From assembly GCF_001194135.2 (NCBI RefSeq), contig NC_068981.1, positions 108,636,130 through 108,672,645 of the forward strand: 36,516 nt of DNA, given 5' to 3'. The DNA is from Octopus bimaculoides (Eukaryota). The number at the start of each line of letters is the position of its first letter. The first letter of the stretch is position 1. The notes below the pieces were generated by a model, which was not told where the DNA came from, searched no databases, and saw nothing but the letters and a program-made list of their open reading frames with translations. Shown piece by piece: positions 34,699-36,516 of the stretch. Made by a program: the position numbers and the translations under genes.

Positions 34699-34752
<54 letters not shown>
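34270..34752 (+). mobile_element. R4/Dong-like 3' fragment (element D): REL C-terminus, 3' UTR and (AAAT)/(AAT)n tail
   Basis: WTIDIACPADNKV..VVPIIVGALGTV..LQKTALLGTAPILRMVLEK* (stop 34574-34576), with the tail from 34654. Confidence 0.88.
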
Positions 34753-35329
34753 TAACAACATAGATGTACTACACCGGGCTCTCCATTCGAACACAAATCT
34801 AATAGAATAACATCGGTAGAATGGGATAAAGGAATCTGTGGAAGACTTGAAGGAAGCGGTCTTTTAGCGAAAATAATCACACAAACGAAATTTTACTGCC
34901 ATACAAAGCACAGCTTTCCTATGCACGATGTCTCAGTGAAATATGTGCGAAACACAAACGCGAAACCAACACCGGAAAGTTGACAAATTATAAAATATAA
35001 ATGGAACAAAACAGTAAGTACATAAATTGAGTATACATACACTCGAATGTCTACACAATTATATATACATTTTAATACCCATAGGACTACACATACATCC
35101 CAATGTTTACACAACTACGTGAAATTTACAGGACACACGTAAACGCATATGAAAATACATGTCTCAAACGAAGCAAAAACAAAAAAAGAAAACAAAACAA
35201 AACTATTTTTTTAATTTTTCGAACTAACATAGAGTGAACAATTCATAAGTTTAAAAACACAAAAAAAAATCTATGCCCCCGAGACAAGTCTATCAAGAAA
35301 AAAAATTACAGACGAATACAGATCTGTTA

Positions 35330-36397
35330 GCCTTAAGAAGCTACGTTACAAGCAATGTTTACATGCAGAGAACTCGGAGGCGGTGTTGTCTCAAACAAAT
35401 TAACCCTAAGCACACAGATCCGTCCCCTAATGTCATTGTTTAAGCTCGTCATGCCTCAATGGTAACAAAGCAAAATACAAACCGGATATGTCGTCACCCG
35501 GGACACCAAGGACCACGTACTCGAAAGATGAACCAAATTCGATTCGAAAAATCAGCTACTGGTTCAAATCTTCCCGAAACACGAGCTGGAAGTAACCCAC
35601 AACCAGAGTATCCCAACAGATGACCGTCCATGCTCGCCATTAAAAAGAAAAACAATGAAAAATGGTCTAGGGGAGATAATAAAAAAGTTCTTACGGCCTT
35701 CTGTCATGGCATATATTTCCCCACAAATAAATCTAATACTGTACAAACCTACTTAAACTGGAGACAGAAACACCTTGAAGTAAGACACTACATAAATAGT
35801 AACAAACTTGCCAACGTCAGAAGAAACACTATGAAAAAGAAATTACTAACTGAATTAGAGATTGACCAAATTAAACAATCAGTAAGTGTTAAAGGTAATG
35901 AAAGAGTACTGGAGTCAGACAAATGTAAGATTTTGTGGGACTTTTCTATTCAAACGGACAAGAAGTTAAAAAATAATAGACCAAACATAACAGTTATAGA
36001 TAAGGAAAAGCGAAATTGCTTACTTATCGACCTACCATGTCCGTTTGATTCCATAATCGTAAAGAAAGAGGAAGAAAAACAAAAAAATACAATCCCGAAA
36101 ATTTTAAATAGGAAGAATTTGGAGCATGAGAACAGTAAAGGCCATGCCTATAATAATTGGTGCGTTGAGAACAGTAAGCAAAGACATAGACAAACGGCCG
36201 AAGGCGATTGAAATAGTATGCCCGGTAAAGCTCCCAAAGAAAGTTTGTCTCTTAGGGACAGCAAGGATTATCAGGAGGGCTCTAAGCACTTGAAAGACTG
36301 CTGAAAACTTGTGGATACCTAAGGTTACAGGTAGTAACCTGCTACCCACATGAATCCTACCAGGAGTAAGACCGAACCTGAACCAAACCAAACCAAA
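35330..36397 (+). mobile_element. R4/Dong-like element lacking the RT (element C): N-terminal domain fused in frame to REL
   Basis: ORF 35630-36211 reads KWSRGDNKKVLTAF..WRQKH..NSNKLANVRRN..LLTELEIDQIK directly into LESDKCKILWDFSIQTD..NRPNITVIDK..LLIDLPCPFD. After a frameshift it continues IWSMRTVKAMPIIIGALRTV..VCLLGTARIIRRALST* (36291-36293). The 5' boundary is uncertain. Confidence 0.87.
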
Positions 36398-36436
36398 ATG
36401 ATGATAATAATAATGATAATAATAATAATAATAATG

Positions 36437-36516
<80 letters not shown>
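36398..36516. repeat. (AAT)n tail of element C, running to the window end
   Basis: Direct. Confidence 0.96.

Noticed and set aside
35410-35500. Possible second HDV-like ribozyme at the 5' end of element C (acagatccg pairs with cggatatgt)
   Set aside because: Only a P2-like helix is visible and P3/L3 cannot be formed; it is worth retesting only on a family consensus.

Overview
AT-rich, microsatellite-dense eukaryotic DNA with five N gaps. It is probably cephalopod (Octopus-like), inferred only from the repeat families I recognise, and is intronic or intergenic. No intact host gene is supported; there are only weak candidate exons. The window is a graveyard of mobile elements. It holds one internally deleted Tc1/mariner with TIRs and TA target sites, two decayed Tx1/L1-clade LINEs, and several tRNA-type SINE pieces. 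It also holds five fragments of R4/Dong-like non-LTR retrotransposons (restriction-like endonuclease, REL), most bordered by (TAA)n and one by (TACA)n microsatellites. The most interesting signal is this microsatellite-associated retroelement system. It includes an HDV-like ribozyme core at one 5' end, an RT-less N-terminal/REL in-frame fusion element, a 500-bp non-coding (TAA)n-flanked element and a shared 3' stem-loop. There is also a ~10.5-kb block bracketed by long inverted repeats and a separate ~630-bp foldback. Nearly all ORFs in the track are microsatellite, gap or pseudogene artefacts. Family assignments rest on motif recognition, not database searches, and boundaries are approximate unless stated.
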